NCBI GenBank assembly: GCA_963826785.1
Contig: CAWGYD010000004.1
Span: forward strand, 320,001-384,000
Direction: 5' to 3'
Source of the DNA: an uncultured delta proteobacterium
Lineage (GTDB): Bacteria; Desulfobacterota; Desulfobacteria; Desulfobacterales; Desulfosalsimonadaceae
Length of the DNA stretch: 64,000 nucleotides
Shown: positions 38,582 through 48,621 of the stretch, in pieces
Numbering within the stretch: the first letter of the stretch is position 1
Layout: every line of letters starts with the position of its first letter
Notes under the pieces: generated by a model
Told to the model about the DNA's origin: nothing
Seen by the model: only the letters and a program-made list of their open reading frames with translations
The model's database searches: none
Position numbers and translations under genes: made by a program

Positions 38582-40975
38582 TTACGAACGTTTGGGTCCG
38601 GGGAATTGATCCGGGATGCGCATGGCGCATCTGACCACGAAAAACATCATGCGCATCAAATCTTCGGCCGTGATGTCGGACCCGGAATCGAGCATCCGGA
38701 GGTAGCGATCGGCTTCTTCGACTTCCGTGTGATATCCCATGAGGTTTTCCAGGAAAGTGACCGCCCGGACACGGACCTGCGGCGCCACTTCCGGGTGTGC
38801 GGCATCATTTCGCCAGCGGTCCAGCCGTTTTTCCAGCCGGGACATCGAAAAATCGAGCAGCTGCTGCTGCCGGGGATCCACCCGAAAGATGGATTGCGCC
38901 TCGATATCCCGGGTGATGGATTTTCTGAGCGACTCGACGGTTATTTCCAGTTCCTGTTTCAGCCGCTGTCTGAACCGGACGGGAATGGTCGGTCGGATAC
39001 CTTTGGCAAGCGCTCCGAAACGGGAGAGACCGGCGCTCAATTCCTCGGCCGCCGCCGTCCAGAAGGCCATGCTGGTTTCCCTGAAAAAATCGGCGACTGA
39101 ATTTGCGCCCGGCGCCAGCCGGTCGATGGCATTGATTTTGCCGCCCAGCAGCCGTCCCGCTTTGACAAACAGCAGTTCTCCGGCAATCAGTTCAAAAATG
39201 ATGGCGATGGCCGCATACCAGTCCTGCAGGGAAAAAATCCGTGGCAGATCGTCAAAATGAGCGTCTATGATTTCATTGGGGAAGAAATTGGACGGCGTGG
39301 CATACTGGAGCGAGCCGCCCAAAAGCGGCTGGTCGATTTTCTTTGCTTCCCCGGGCGCAAAGTCCACCGCGGTTTCCAGGTCGATCAGCCCGATATTGAA
39401 CTTGTCCGGAGAATTTAAAAATACCGGATATAGTTCCGGATCACCCGCTATGATGAGGTTGTCCGGCTTTAAGTCCCGGATGGCCACCCCCTGGCTTCCC
39501 GTCCAGAAGAGCAGGTCCAGCAGGTTGGACACGATGCTGTTCATTTTGGGTTCGTTTCGGGCCAGAGACAGGATTCGGGTATACCTTCCGATGACATTTC
39601 CATAGTTTTCGGTAATCGGAGCAGCGCTGCTGAAAAGGTCGCCCAGCAGGGCAAGCAGTTCTTTTCGAAACATCCGGGGAAGCTCTTTTTCGATGTTTGC
39701 GGCCAGGCGAATCGGAAAATCAGGGCTCCCGGGGGCTCCGGCGGCCAGCCCGGCGGCAAACCAGGCATGATGCCGGTATTGATAAGCGGCCGTATCCAGA
39801 TGATGCTTGAGCAGCAGTTCTTCACTCCTGCGCTCAAAATCCGCAAGCATGGATGCGGCCTGCCGGCGCGGCGCCTCGGCATCCGGACCGTAGCGGCTGG
39901 CAAATTCATGGCGATCGCATATAATGTCGGGATCCCTGAGTATTTCATTGGCAACGGCGTTGATGGTGTCATGCATGCCCTTGGCCACGGGCCCCAGGAA
40001 GAAATACCGGGCCAGGTCCATGAAATAGGCATGGGTATTGCCGATTTTGAGGTACTGGCGCAGTTCTTCCCGGCTTTCCAGCAGGGTCAGGTACCGGTCG
40101 TCCAGCTGATCGGGCGCCAGCGTCGATTCGCCGGGGAATCGATAGATCCGGCGCAGAATGGTGGCGATCCGCGGCACCAGGCATTCCCGGGGGGCGATCT
40201 TGTCCGCGATGCGTGTTTCGCCGCGGATGCTGGCGATGTATTGGGCAAAATCGGTTACGGGCTCGGGCGGGATTTTGATGACCATGTGGTCATCGAAGAT
40301 GACGTAATAGCAGCTGCTTTTGCTGCGGGTGCCTTCACCGATGGGGCCGATGGTCATGCGCCGGGAATGCCATTGGCCGTGATGCCGGACATGAAGTCGG
40401 TAGATGTAATTGCCGGATCGATCCCTTTCCACGGACGTGATGTGTGCCGGGGCGCTTTTCGATGCACCGGTTTGATACCTGAACACCTCGAGAAAAAACC
40501 GGACGATATCGATGCCGAATTCAAATTCCAGCCGGGCTTCTGCAGGCGCATCATTATCTGTGCGAGGCTGCCGGCCGGATGCGGCCGGGGATTTTAACCG
40601 GTGCGGTCCGCCGGATTTGCGCCGGGTGCCGGTCATCAGGAAAAACAGGAAAGTCAGGCCTGCGGCACCTGCCATCCAGGTCATCAGGCCGAGGCGGATC
40701 TCTTCTTTTTCGGTAAAATAATAGGTCAGGAGCGCCGGCACATTCCTGATGCCGTAATCACCCCTGATCACGCGTTTGACGCTGGAGGCGGGGAGGGTGT
40801 CGAGGCTTTCGCCGGTGACATAGTACAACTCGCTTCCGATATGCCAGGCCTCATCGGCCTCAATGAAGCGGCCGTCGTTCAGGCACACGATATTCTTGCC
40901 AAAAATGTTCAATCCGGCATACAATATCGCAACGATCATCATGATGAGCATTGCGGAAATGATGCGTCCGGGCAT
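38582..40975 (-). CDS. Membrane-anchored Ser/Thr kinase-like protein
   Basis: Two hydrophobic segments; VIKIP, IRDLKPDN, IDLETA, YATPS, QDWYA; start codon inferred. Confidence 0.75.
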   Translation of the reverse strand: MPGRIISAMLIMMIVAILYAGLNIFGKNIVCLNDGRFIEADEAWHIGSELYYVTGESLDTLPASSVKRVIRGDYGIRNVPALLTYYFTEKEEIRLGLMTWMAGAAGLTFLFFLMTGTRRKSGGPHRLKSPAASGRQPRTDNDAPAEARLEFEFGIDIVRFFLEVFRYQTGASKSAPAHITSVERDRSGNYIYRLHVRHHGQWHSRRMTIGPIGEGTRSKSSCYYVIFDDHMVIKIPPEPVTDFAQYIASIRGETRIADKIAPRECLVPRIATILRRIYRFPGESTLAPDQLDDRYLTLLESREELRQYLKIGNTHAYFMDLARYFFLGPVAKGMHDTINAVANEILRDPDIICDRHEFASRYGPDAEAPRRQAASMLADFERRSEELLLKHHLDTAAYQYRHHAWFAAGLAAGAPGSPDFPIRLAANIEKELPRMFRKELLALLGDLFSSAAPITENYGNVIGRYTRILSLARNEPKMNSIVSNLLDLLFWTGSQGVAIRDLKPDNLIIAGDPELYPVFLNSPDKFNIGLIDLETAVDFAPGEAKKIDQPLLGGSLQYATPSNFFPNEIIDAHFDDLPRIFSLQDWYAAIAIIFELIAGELLFVKAGRLLGGKINAIDRLAPGANSVADFFRETSMAFWTAAAEELSAGLSRFGALAKGIRPTIPVRFRQRLKQELEITVESLRKSITRDIEAQSIFRVDPRQQQLLDFSMSRLEKRLDRWRNDAAHPEVAPQVRVRAVTFLENLMGYHTEVEEADRYLRMLDSGSDITAEDLMRMMFFVVRCAMRIPDQFPGPKRS

Positions 40976-41220
40976 AATCCGTCCCTTCCTGCAGCAGTCG
41001 AAAACCAGACAATTGAGTTGGATCTTAACACAGGTGAACGGTTTGGGGGCATTAAAATAGTGATGTTTCATCAGGCACAGGCGATTGCCCAGTCGTACCG
41101 TCCATTTCGTCCCGGGCAAGCTTGGGGGGCGATCGAAATTGCATTTTTTTTCGGAAATGCGGATATTGAAAACAGATATTTTCTTCACTTCTTTTTTGAA
41201 CCGCTGATGGAGTCCGTTTA

Positions 41221-42951
41221 ATGAGCATGCAGAACATCGAAATTCGGGACATCTTTACCCGGCTTGCCGACCTTTTGGAACTCAAGGGCGAAAATCCTTT
41301 CCGGGTCCGTGCCTACCGGGAAGCCGCGCGGGTGATCGACGGGATGTCCGAGCAGGTGGAAAAACTGGTCAAAGAGGACGGCGATCTGACCGCCTACCGC
41401 GGTATCGGCCGGGACTTGGCGGAAAAGATCAGGGAAATCGTTCAAACCGGACGCCTGCAGAAGCTTGAAGAAGTAAAGACCCAGGTCCCGGAAGCCCTGT
41501 GCGAACTGATGCGGATTCCCGAACTGGGTCCGAAAAAGGTGGCCCTCCTGCACCAGCGGCTGGGAATCCGGAGTATGGACGACCTGAAAACGGCCGCGGA
41601 ATCGGGCGCCATTTCGGAGCTCAAGGGATTCGGGAAAAAATCCGAGCAGAAAATCCTCCAGTCGCTTGGCCGCGTCAAGAAAGAAGGTGCGCCGCGCATG
41701 CTGATCAGCGACGTGGGGCCATATGCGGATGCCCTGGAAAAATACCTTCTGCAGCAGGATGGGGTAAAGCGGGTGACCGTTGCCGGAAGCTTCCGCCGGG
41801 GAAAAGAAACCATAGGGGATCTCGACATCCTGGCCGTCTGCGAACCCGGGCGGGAGGCGAAGGTCATGCAGGCATTTACCGGCTTTGAGGACGTTGCCGG
41901 GGTCACCGCCGCCGGCCAGGGCAAAAGCGCCATCCGGCTGCGCTCCGGACTCCAGGTGGATCTGCGGATCGTAAAGGAGGAAAGCTACGGGGCAGCCCTG
42001 CATTATTTTACCGGATCAAAGGCCCACAACATCGCCATCCGGCGCCTGGGCATCGACAAAGGGCTCAAGATCAACGAGTACGGGGTGTTTGCCGGGGAGG
42101 CGCAGATCGCCGGCGCAACGGAAGAATCGGTGTACCAAGCCGTGGACCTGCCATTTATCGCCCCGGAACTGCGGGAAAATCTCGGGGAAATCGAAGCCGC
42201 CCGGGCAGGGGCCCTCCCGGAACTGATTACGCTGGAGGCCATCCGGGGCGACCTGCACGCACACACCCGGCGCACCGACGGCAGGAATACCCTGACGGAA
42301 ATGGCGCAGGCCGCAAAAGCGATGGGATATGAATACCTGGCCATCACCGAGCATTCCCAGAAGGTGGCCATGGCCGGCGGGCTGACGGAAACAGACCTCC
42401 GGGCGCACATGGCCGCCATCGATGCCGTAAATGAAACCCTGGAGGGGTTTACGCTCCTCAAAGGAATCGAGGTGGATATCCTGGCCGACGGAGAACTCGA
42501 CCTGCCCGATTCGGTCCTGAAGGAGCTCGATATCGTCGTGGGGTCGGCCCATTACTACCAGCGCCTTTCCCGGGAAAAGCAGACGGAGCGCATCATCCGG
42601 GCCATGGACAACCCCTGTCTCAAGATTCTCGGTCACCCCACCGGGCGCCTGATCAACTCCCGCGAACCCATGGAGATCGACCTGGAAAAGATGATCGCGG
42701 CGGCAAAGGAGCGGAAAGTGGTCATTGAAGTCAACGCCCAGCCGGACCGTCTCGACCTGCCGCACGCCTACTGCAAGATGGCCGTGGAAACGGGAGTGAA
42801 GATCGCCATTTCCACCGACGCCCACAGCGCGCTGGGTTTGCACCGGATGAAGAATGGCATTACGGAAGCCCGCCGGGGATGGCTGAAACAAGAAGACGTC
42901 ATCAACACCCGCCCGCTGAATCAAATGCTGAAATTGCTGCGAGGAAGCTGA
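41221..42951 (+). CDS. polX: DNA polymerase X with PHP domain
   Basis: GENPFRVRAY, GSFRR..ETIGDLD, HYFTGSKAHN, DLHAHT, STDAH. Confidence 0.96.
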   Translation: MSMQNIEIRDIFTRLADLLELKGENPFRVRAYREAARVIDGMSEQVEKLVKEDGDLTAYRGIGRDLAEKIREIVQTGRLQKLEEVKTQVPEALCELMRIPELGPKKVALLHQRLGIRSMDDLKTAAESGAISELKGFGKKSEQKILQSLGRVKKEGAPRMLISDVGPYADALEKYLLQQDGVKRVTVAGSFRRGKETIGDLDILAVCEPGREAKVMQAFTGFEDVAGVTAAGQGKSAIRLRSGLQVDLRIVKEESYGAALHYFTGSKAHNIAIRRLGIDKGLKINEYGVFAGEAQIAGATEESVYQAVDLPFIAPELRENLGEIEAARAGALPELITLEAIRGDLHAHTRRTDGRNTLTEMAQAAKAMGYEYLAITEHSQKVAMAGGLTETDLRAHMAAIDAVNETLEGFTLLKGIEVDILADGELDLPDSVLKELDIVVGSAHYYQRLSREKQTERIIRAMDNPCLKILGHPTGRLINSREPMEIDLEKMIAAAKERKVVIEVNAQPDRLDLPHAYCKMAVETGVKIAISTDAHSALGLHRMKNGITEARRGWLKQEDVINTRPLNQMLKLLRGS

Positions 42952-43086
42952 GGTGGGAATTTTGCGACTTCACCGCGCCTGATCGCCCCATGTCCAGGCG
43001 GTTCAATTCCCTTGCCATGAAACACCCGATACCCTATGGTACTCCTTTGCTTTCTTTACGAAAATAACGGATGGGAAGATGGTGTT

Positions 43087-44178
43087 ATGACCCGACTGGT
43101 TTCTTTCTGGGCCGGAAAAAAGGCATATGAGAAGATCATGGCATCAGGGATCCGGCCGGATGATGTCGATGTGGCGGCCGGGGCGGCGGGCGGTCCGAAA
43201 TGGCTGGTCCTGGGCGGGCTCGACCGACTTTTGTTCGGCTCCTGGTTTGATTCCCGGAAAACCCCTTTGTTTCTTGTCGGCTCCTCCATCGGCGCATGGC
43301 GGTTTGCCGCGGTATCCCAGAAGGACCCCCTCGGGGCGCTGAACCGGTTTGAATCGGCCTACCTTCGCCAGACCTACGGTCCACGCCCTTCCATGCAATC
43401 GGTCAATGCGCAAATCGAGTCCATCCTGGAGCAGATGATGGGCCCGGACGGTCCGGAGCAGATTTTATCGAATCCCTTGCTTCGCTTGAATATCCTGTCG
43501 GTTCAGTGCCGGGGGCTGACGGGGAGCGACACCCGATCCCGGCTGCTGGCCGGACTGGCGCTGGCCGCCGCCGGAAATGCCCTGTTTCGGGGAAGCTTGA
43601 AACTGTTTTTTACACGGACCCTGTTTTACGACCCCCGCGATATCCCGCCTTTTTTTGACATGGCGGATTTCCCCATCCACAAAATACCGCTCACCAGAGA
43701 AAATATCCGCTCCGCGCTGATGGCTTCGGGCGCAATCCCCATGATCATGCCCGGTGTAAAAGACATCCCCGGCGCCCCGGCCGGGGTTTACCGGGACGGC
43801 GGCATCATCGATTATCATCTCAATATCCCGTTTAACACCGGGGACGGCAGGATTGTCCTGTTCCCGCATTATACCGAGCGGGTGGTTCCCGGATGGCTGG
43901 ACAAGCAGATTTTCTGGCGCGGACCCGACCTGTCGTACATGGAATCCGTCCTGCTGGCCGCCCCCACGGCTGCTTTCCTGGAGTCGCTCCCCCATGGCAA
44001 AATTCCCGATCGGACCGATTTCAGCAAATTTAATGGAAGCGACCGGGAGCGGATGGATTACTGGCGGCGGGTGGTCGGTCTCAGCCGCGCTCTGGCCGAT
44101 GATTTCATGCAGGCGGTGGATTCGGGAGAAATCCGAAATCGGCTGCGGCCGCTTTCCGAATTGTCTTCAGGACGCTGA
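43087..44178 (+). CDS. Patatin-like phospholipase family protein
   Basis: GAAGGPKW, GSSIG, ASGAIP, DGG. Confidence 0.88.
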   Translation: MTRLVSFWAGKKAYEKIMASGIRPDDVDVAAGAAGGPKWLVLGGLDRLLFGSWFDSRKTPLFLVGSSIGAWRFAAVSQKDPLGALNRFESAYLRQTYGPRPSMQSVNAQIESILEQMMGPDGPEQILSNPLLRLNILSVQCRGLTGSDTRSRLLAGLALAAAGNALFRGSLKLFFTRTLFYDPRDIPPFFDMADFPIHKIPLTRENIRSALMASGAIPMIMPGVKDIPGAPAGVYRDGGIIDYHLNIPFNTGDGRIVLFPHYTERVVPGWLDKQIFWRGPDLSYMESVLLAAPTAAFLESLPHGKIPDRTDFSKFNGSDRERMDYWRRVVGLSRALADDFMQAVDSGEIRNRLRPLSELSSGR

Positions 44179-44288
44179 TTTTCGCCTTCCTCTTTCTTTG
44201 CCCAATCGCCTGGTTTTTCGTTCGGGCACTGTCACTGCTTAGGGTCTGCCCAAAATAACAAGGCAACCCTGATTTCAGGACAAAACCC

Positions 44289-45200
44289 TTACTTCGTATT
44301 TTTGATAAAATCGAGAATCATCAAGGCAAACGCTTCTGCGCAATCTTCCTGGAGAAAATGCCCGCCGTCCGGGATGGTGGAGTGCGGCTGGTTTTTGGCG
44401 CCCGGGATCAGTTTCTGAAAGACCTTGTCTCCTCCCCGGGTGATGGGGTCCCTGTCGCTGAAGGCGGTCAGGAAGGGCTTTTCAAACGACTGCAGCACCC
44501 GCCATGCCTCCCGGTTGGCCGCGGCTGCCGGGTCATCGGGCCGGGTGGGGACCAGGGAGGGGAAAATGCGGGCCCCTTCCTTGTAGGTCTCATCCGGGAA
44601 GGGGGCGTCATAGGCGGCGATGACATCTGCCGGAAGCGGGTGATGGCAGCCCCCGGAAATGATCTGCCCCACCGGAAATTCGGGGGTTTCCACCGAAAAT
44701 CGCTGCCATTCCATAAAGGCCTCCGGCATCTGCTGATCGCCGGTGGGCAGCCCGGTATTGGCGGTAACCACCCGGTCGAAGCGGTCCGGCGCCAGGGCGA
44801 CCAGGCGCAGGCCGATCAGGCCGCCCCAGTCCTGGCAGACCAGGGTGACGGCCTTTAGGGACAATCGCTCCAGGAGCAACTGCTCCATCCAGGCAACGTG
44901 CCGCTGGTAGGTATAGTCCTTCCGGCTGGCGGGTTTGTCGGAACGGCCGAAACCCACCAGGTCGGGCGCGATGACCCGGTGCCCGGCCCCGGAAATCAAG
45001 GGGATCATTTTGCGGTACAGATAGGACCAGGAGGGCTCACCGTGCATCAGCAGCACGGGCGCGGCATTTTGGGGGCCCTCGTCCAGGTAGTGCGCCCGCA
45101 GGGTCCCCCCGTCTCCGTCCGGTATCTCAATGTAATGGGGGGCAAAGGTGTAGCCGGGGAGATGATCGAAACGGTCTTCCGGCGTTCTAAGAACTTTCAT
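44289..45200 (-). CDS. Haloalkane dehalogenase
   Basis: LRTP, HGEPSWSYLYRKMIP, QDWGG, GHFLQED. Confidence 0.92.
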   Translation of the reverse strand: MKVLRTPEDRFDHLPGYTFAPHYIEIPDGDGGTLRAHYLDEGPQNAAPVLLMHGEPSWSYLYRKMIPLISGAGHRVIAPDLVGFGRSDKPASRKDYTYQRHVAWMEQLLLERLSLKAVTLVCQDWGGLIGLRLVALAPDRFDRVVTANTGLPTGDQQMPEAFMEWQRFSVETPEFPVGQIISGGCHHPLPADVIAAYDAPFPDETYKEGARIFPSLVPTRPDDPAAAANREAWRVLQSFEKPFLTAFSDRDPITRGGDKVFQKLIPGAKNQPHSTIPDGGHFLQEDCAEAFALMILDFIKNTK

Positions 45201-45224
45201 GATCGGCCTCCTGATGCTGTCGTT

Positions 45225-46190
45225 TCAGATCGTGATCCGCCAGCAGCGATGGATGGTCTTTCGCTTGCTGACGTAGTCTTCGGGTATGGTCTGGCGGGTG
45301 ATCTCTTCGATATGATCAACGGCCAGATCCGTCATTTGCGGGGTGAAATCCTGGTGGTTGGTGGAGAAAAAAACGGTGGCGCCGTCGCGCATCACCCGGA
45401 CCACCGCATCCAGAAGCTGCGGGTGGTCTTTTGCAATATCGAATTCTTGGCCCCGGGTCCGGGTGGTGGAATACGAGGGGGGATCCACCACCGCAAGATC
45501 GAAAGCCGGCCCTTTCTTATCGGCTTTTTTCAAAAAATCAAGTGCATGGGCCTGTATCAGCCGGTTGGATTCTGCCGTGATGCCGTTTATATCCATGTTC
45601 TCCCGGGCCCACCGGATAGCGGACTCGGCCCGGTCCACGGACAGGGTGGTTTTGGCGCCGCCCTTTGCGGCATAGCAGGAAAAGGTTCCCGTGTAGCAAT
45701 ACAGGTTGAGAAAGTCCTTGCCACCTGCCATCTCCCGGATCATCTGCCGGGTGTCCCGGTGATCGGAAAACAGCCCCGTGTCCACGTAGTCATAGGGGTT
45801 GACATAAAATTTCAGGTCCCGCTCGGACACGATGATTTTTTGATCGGTATAGTCGATGCGCTCATAGCGCTTTCCTTCCTGCCGGCCCGCGCGCCGCTCT
45901 TTTAAATGGACGTTTGGCGCGGGCACGTCAAGGGCTTTTGCCACCGCCTCCCCCATCAGGGGAAGCCAGCCGGGCACCGACTGCTTGCGCATGTACTCCC
46001 CGATGACCAGATGCCCGGCATACCAGTCCACCACCGCACGAATCTCCGGTATGTCCCAGTCATAGAGCCTGAACACCTCGATATGCTGTTTTGCAAACCG
46101 CTTGTGCAGGTGTCTGAATCGCTTCTTCACCCGGTTGGCGAGCATCCGGGCCTGGTCTGAAAATCGGGTGGCAATATCTGGATCAATCAT
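45225..46190 (-). CDS. SAM-dependent rRNA methyltransferase (RlmK/RlmI-like)
   Basis: RLYDWDIPE, DYVDTGLFSDHR, FLNLYCYTG, VDPPSY. Confidence 0.9.
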   Translation of the reverse strand: MIDPDIATRFSDQARMLANRVKKRFRHLHKRFAKQHIEVFRLYDWDIPEIRAVVDWYAGHLVIGEYMRKQSVPGWLPLMGEAVAKALDVPAPNVHLKERRAGRQEGKRYERIDYTDQKIIVSERDLKFYVNPYDYVDTGLFSDHRDTRQMIREMAGGKDFLNLYCYTGTFSCYAAKGGAKTTLSVDRAESAIRWARENMDINGITAESNRLIQAHALDFLKKADKKGPAFDLAVVDPPSYSTTRTRGQEFDIAKDHPQLLDAVVRVMRDGATVFFSTNHQDFTPQMTDLAVDHIEEITRQTIPEDYVSKRKTIHRCWRITI

Positions 46191-46365
46191 CGATGGACGT
46201 TTTCTTTTCGGCTGTCGGGGTGGTACTTTTATCGGGAAAAAGACACGGCGGTAATATACAGCCAAACCAATGGCAAGGCAAGGGGGCAGGTGAGCGGGCA
46301 CGTTAAAATGCGGATGCCCTCAGAAATGGTACGGGCGGCGTTTTGCGAACTGCCGCTAAAATTTC

Positions 46366-46396
46366 GCGCCTGTCCGCATGCTTTCCGGACAGGCGC
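46366..46396. terminator. Hairpin downstream of the rubrerythrin gene
   Basis: GCGCCTGTCCG/CGGACAGGCGC 11-bp stem. Confidence 0.55.
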
Positions 46397-46423
46397 TCAA
46401 GGCATGGGGGCGTTCAACACGCT

Positions 46424-47068
46424 CTAACTGATCATTAAAAATACACCCGAAGGCGTGGCGCAGAATGGACAGTTGCTGAAGGAGGGTTTTCCTTCCACCG
46501 TATAGCCGCAGGTGGGGCAGACATAGAAAATTTCATTGGCTGTTTTCCAGTTTTCCAGATTGTCCACCGCCTCCTTGTACAGCTTGGCGTGCTGGGCTTC
46601 CACATTCTGGGCATAGGTAAACGTCAGAACGGCTTCCTGGTTGTTGTCTTTCTGCGCCTGGGAGATAAACTCCGGGTACATGGTCGTCTTTTCGTAAGTC
46701 TCCCCCTTGATGGCATCCTGGAGGTTTTCCCGGGTGGATTTCACTTCCGGCAGCTGAATATCCGCCTTGGGGACGGCCCCCATGCCCTTGATTACCCGGG
46801 CGTGATTTTTCAGGTGGATCTCCTCTGCGCTGGCCACCGCCCGGAAGAGCCGTGCCGCCTTGTGATATCCTTCTTCATCTGCTTTTTGGGCATATGCCAG
46901 GTATTTTGCCTGGGCATTGCTTTCCCCGTTGTAGGCGGCCTGGAGGTTTTCCAGGGTTTTGCTCTGCTGTTCCGCGTGAACCGGGACGCTAAGTACGAGC
47001 GCCATTCCGAAAATCGCCAGTGCTATCAGTAACGTATTGAACTTTTGTCCCTTCAAATTCATGGTCAT
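46424..47068 (-). CDS. Rubrerythrin with N-terminal signal peptide
   Basis: GESNA, EEIH, GETYE, EAQH, C-terminal CPTCG...CPFC; signal peptide ending VHA. Confidence 0.92.
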   Translation of the reverse strand: MTMNLKGQKFNTLLIALAIFGMALVLSVPVHAEQQSKTLENLQAAYNGESNAQAKYLAYAQKADEEGYHKAARLFRAVASAEEIHLKNHARVIKGMGAVPKADIQLPEVKSTRENLQDAIKGETYEKTTMYPEFISQAQKDNNQEAVLTFTYAQNVEAQHAKLYKEAVDNLENWKTANEIFYVCPTCGYTVEGKPSFSNCPFCATPSGVFLMIS

Positions 47069-47269
47069 CCTCCATTCCGTTTAGGGTCTGTGCGGTTAGG
47101 GCAGGTTATAAATACGAATCATCATAAAAGGGAGCGGGAATATTTCCATTGGGTAAATCATTTATTTTTCATTCGTGAGTCATGTAGTCCGAGAAACATC
47201 GATCCGAAAACACGGATAGGCGACATGCCCTCCGAAGTATTTTTTCATTGCGCCATAAAAAAAGCCGCT

Positions 47270-47701
47270 CTATTCCGGCGTTTGCTCCCGGACCGGGTAC
47301 CCTTCGGCCTGCCAGGCGTGATATCCGCCTTTCAGCGCCCAGACGTTTACGAAACCCATGTCCTGGTACTGTGCCGCCACCCGGGCGGACGTGGCTTCGC
47401 TGGGTCAGCCGCAGTAGAAGATGAGGTTTTGATCCTTGGGGAGATTGTCCTTTCTGGCGTCGAGTTCGCTTTTGGTGACGGCGCCTTCGATCATCATTTT
47501 GCTGCATCGCTGATCATCATAGGAGCAGACCATGATCGCTTCTCCTGAATCCAGCAGGGCCTTGGCCGCTTCGGGTGAAATGCGTTCAACGGATCCGGAA
47601 TCCGGGTGGTCCTGCGCCAGGGCCGGCAGGGACACGCATGGAAAAACCGCAAAAACGAAGAAGCCGACAAAAAACATTAATCGTAGATAATTCATATACA
47701 T
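47270..47701 (-). CDS. Exported rhodanese-like selenoprotein (TGA 47405-47407)
   Basis: LIFYCG-TGA-PSEATSARVA...GFVNVWALKGGYHAW completes a rhodanese fold; signal peptide ending ALA. Confidence 0.88.
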
Positions 47702-47982
47702 CCCCTTTCATAATGAGCACAGCAGAATGGAAGGTAGCGCCTTTTCCGAAGATTCAACTGTAAAGATGCGCATCTAAATGAAAAAGTAAAACATCCTCAC
47801 CGCCTGATCCTGAAAAGGCGCAATCCCGTGCAGATGGCAAAAATCAACTCTGAACAGGAAAAGGGGGAAGGAAAAATTTCATCATCTGCAGTTTTTTTTT
47901 ACGAACAGATCGAAGGTATGCTACTGTATAAATGTTTTCACGAGGGGTGATTGAATTTTTCATGTGAAAGGGGAGGAAGACA

Positions 47983-48561
47983 ATGGGCTTGATGAATGTT
48001 ATCTCGAAAAAAACTTCGTTTACTGTTGCTGTCGGTGTTTCCATGATTTTATGGGCGGGGCTTGCCGCTTTTTTCGGCATCCTGTGTGACTACATCGTCA
48101 TGCAGGAAAAACAGATGGCGCTTTTCATGACCATCATCACCGTGATCGGGATCATGGCTCCCATATGCATGACCATACAGATCGTTCTGCTTGGCTTGAT
48201 CAAGCCGCTTTCACTAAAGCCCCTGCGGCCGATCATCGACAATTTGGATGGCTTGGAAATCAAGTCCAGGATAACCATCCCGGAGCTCGAAGAGACGCTC
48301 ACCGCTTTGAAACGATTTCCCGAAATCAACGCCATCATTGGCCTGCTGCTGTGTTCGGTGATCATTTTGACGCTGATCGGCACGGTGTATCTGAAAGGGT
48401 ATGAATTCTTCTGGGTCATGACCCAGGTCATATTCGGTGCCCTGGCGGTTCTGATCTACGGTGTCGCCACCTTCCTGTACTCCAGTGCAAAGGCCAACCC
48501 CATGCGTAAAAAAGTGTATTACCTGCTCAATGAGTATAAGAAGAATAAAAGAAAAAATTAA
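47983..48561 (+). CDS. Four-TM membrane protein
   Basis: Four hydrophobic segments; GGAGG RBS. Confidence 0.75.
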   Translation: MGLMNVISKKTSFTVAVGVSMILWAGLAAFFGILCDYIVMQEKQMALFMTIITVIGIMAPICMTIQIVLLGLIKPLSLKPLRPIIDNLDGLEIKSRITIPELEETLTALKRFPEINAIIGLLLCSVIILTLIGTVYLKGYEFFWVMTQVIFGALAVLIYGVATFLYSSAKANPMRKKVYYLLNEYKKNKRKN

Positions 48562-48621
48562 AGCAGTGGCGTTTCCGCTACTTTTGATCTCATAAAAATA
48601 GGAAAAGAAGGCATCGGCAGA

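Noticed and set aside
47152..47167. PerR-like palindrome upstream of rubrerythrin
   Set aside because: AT-rich imperfect match that is equally IHF-like; the consensus cannot be verified without a search
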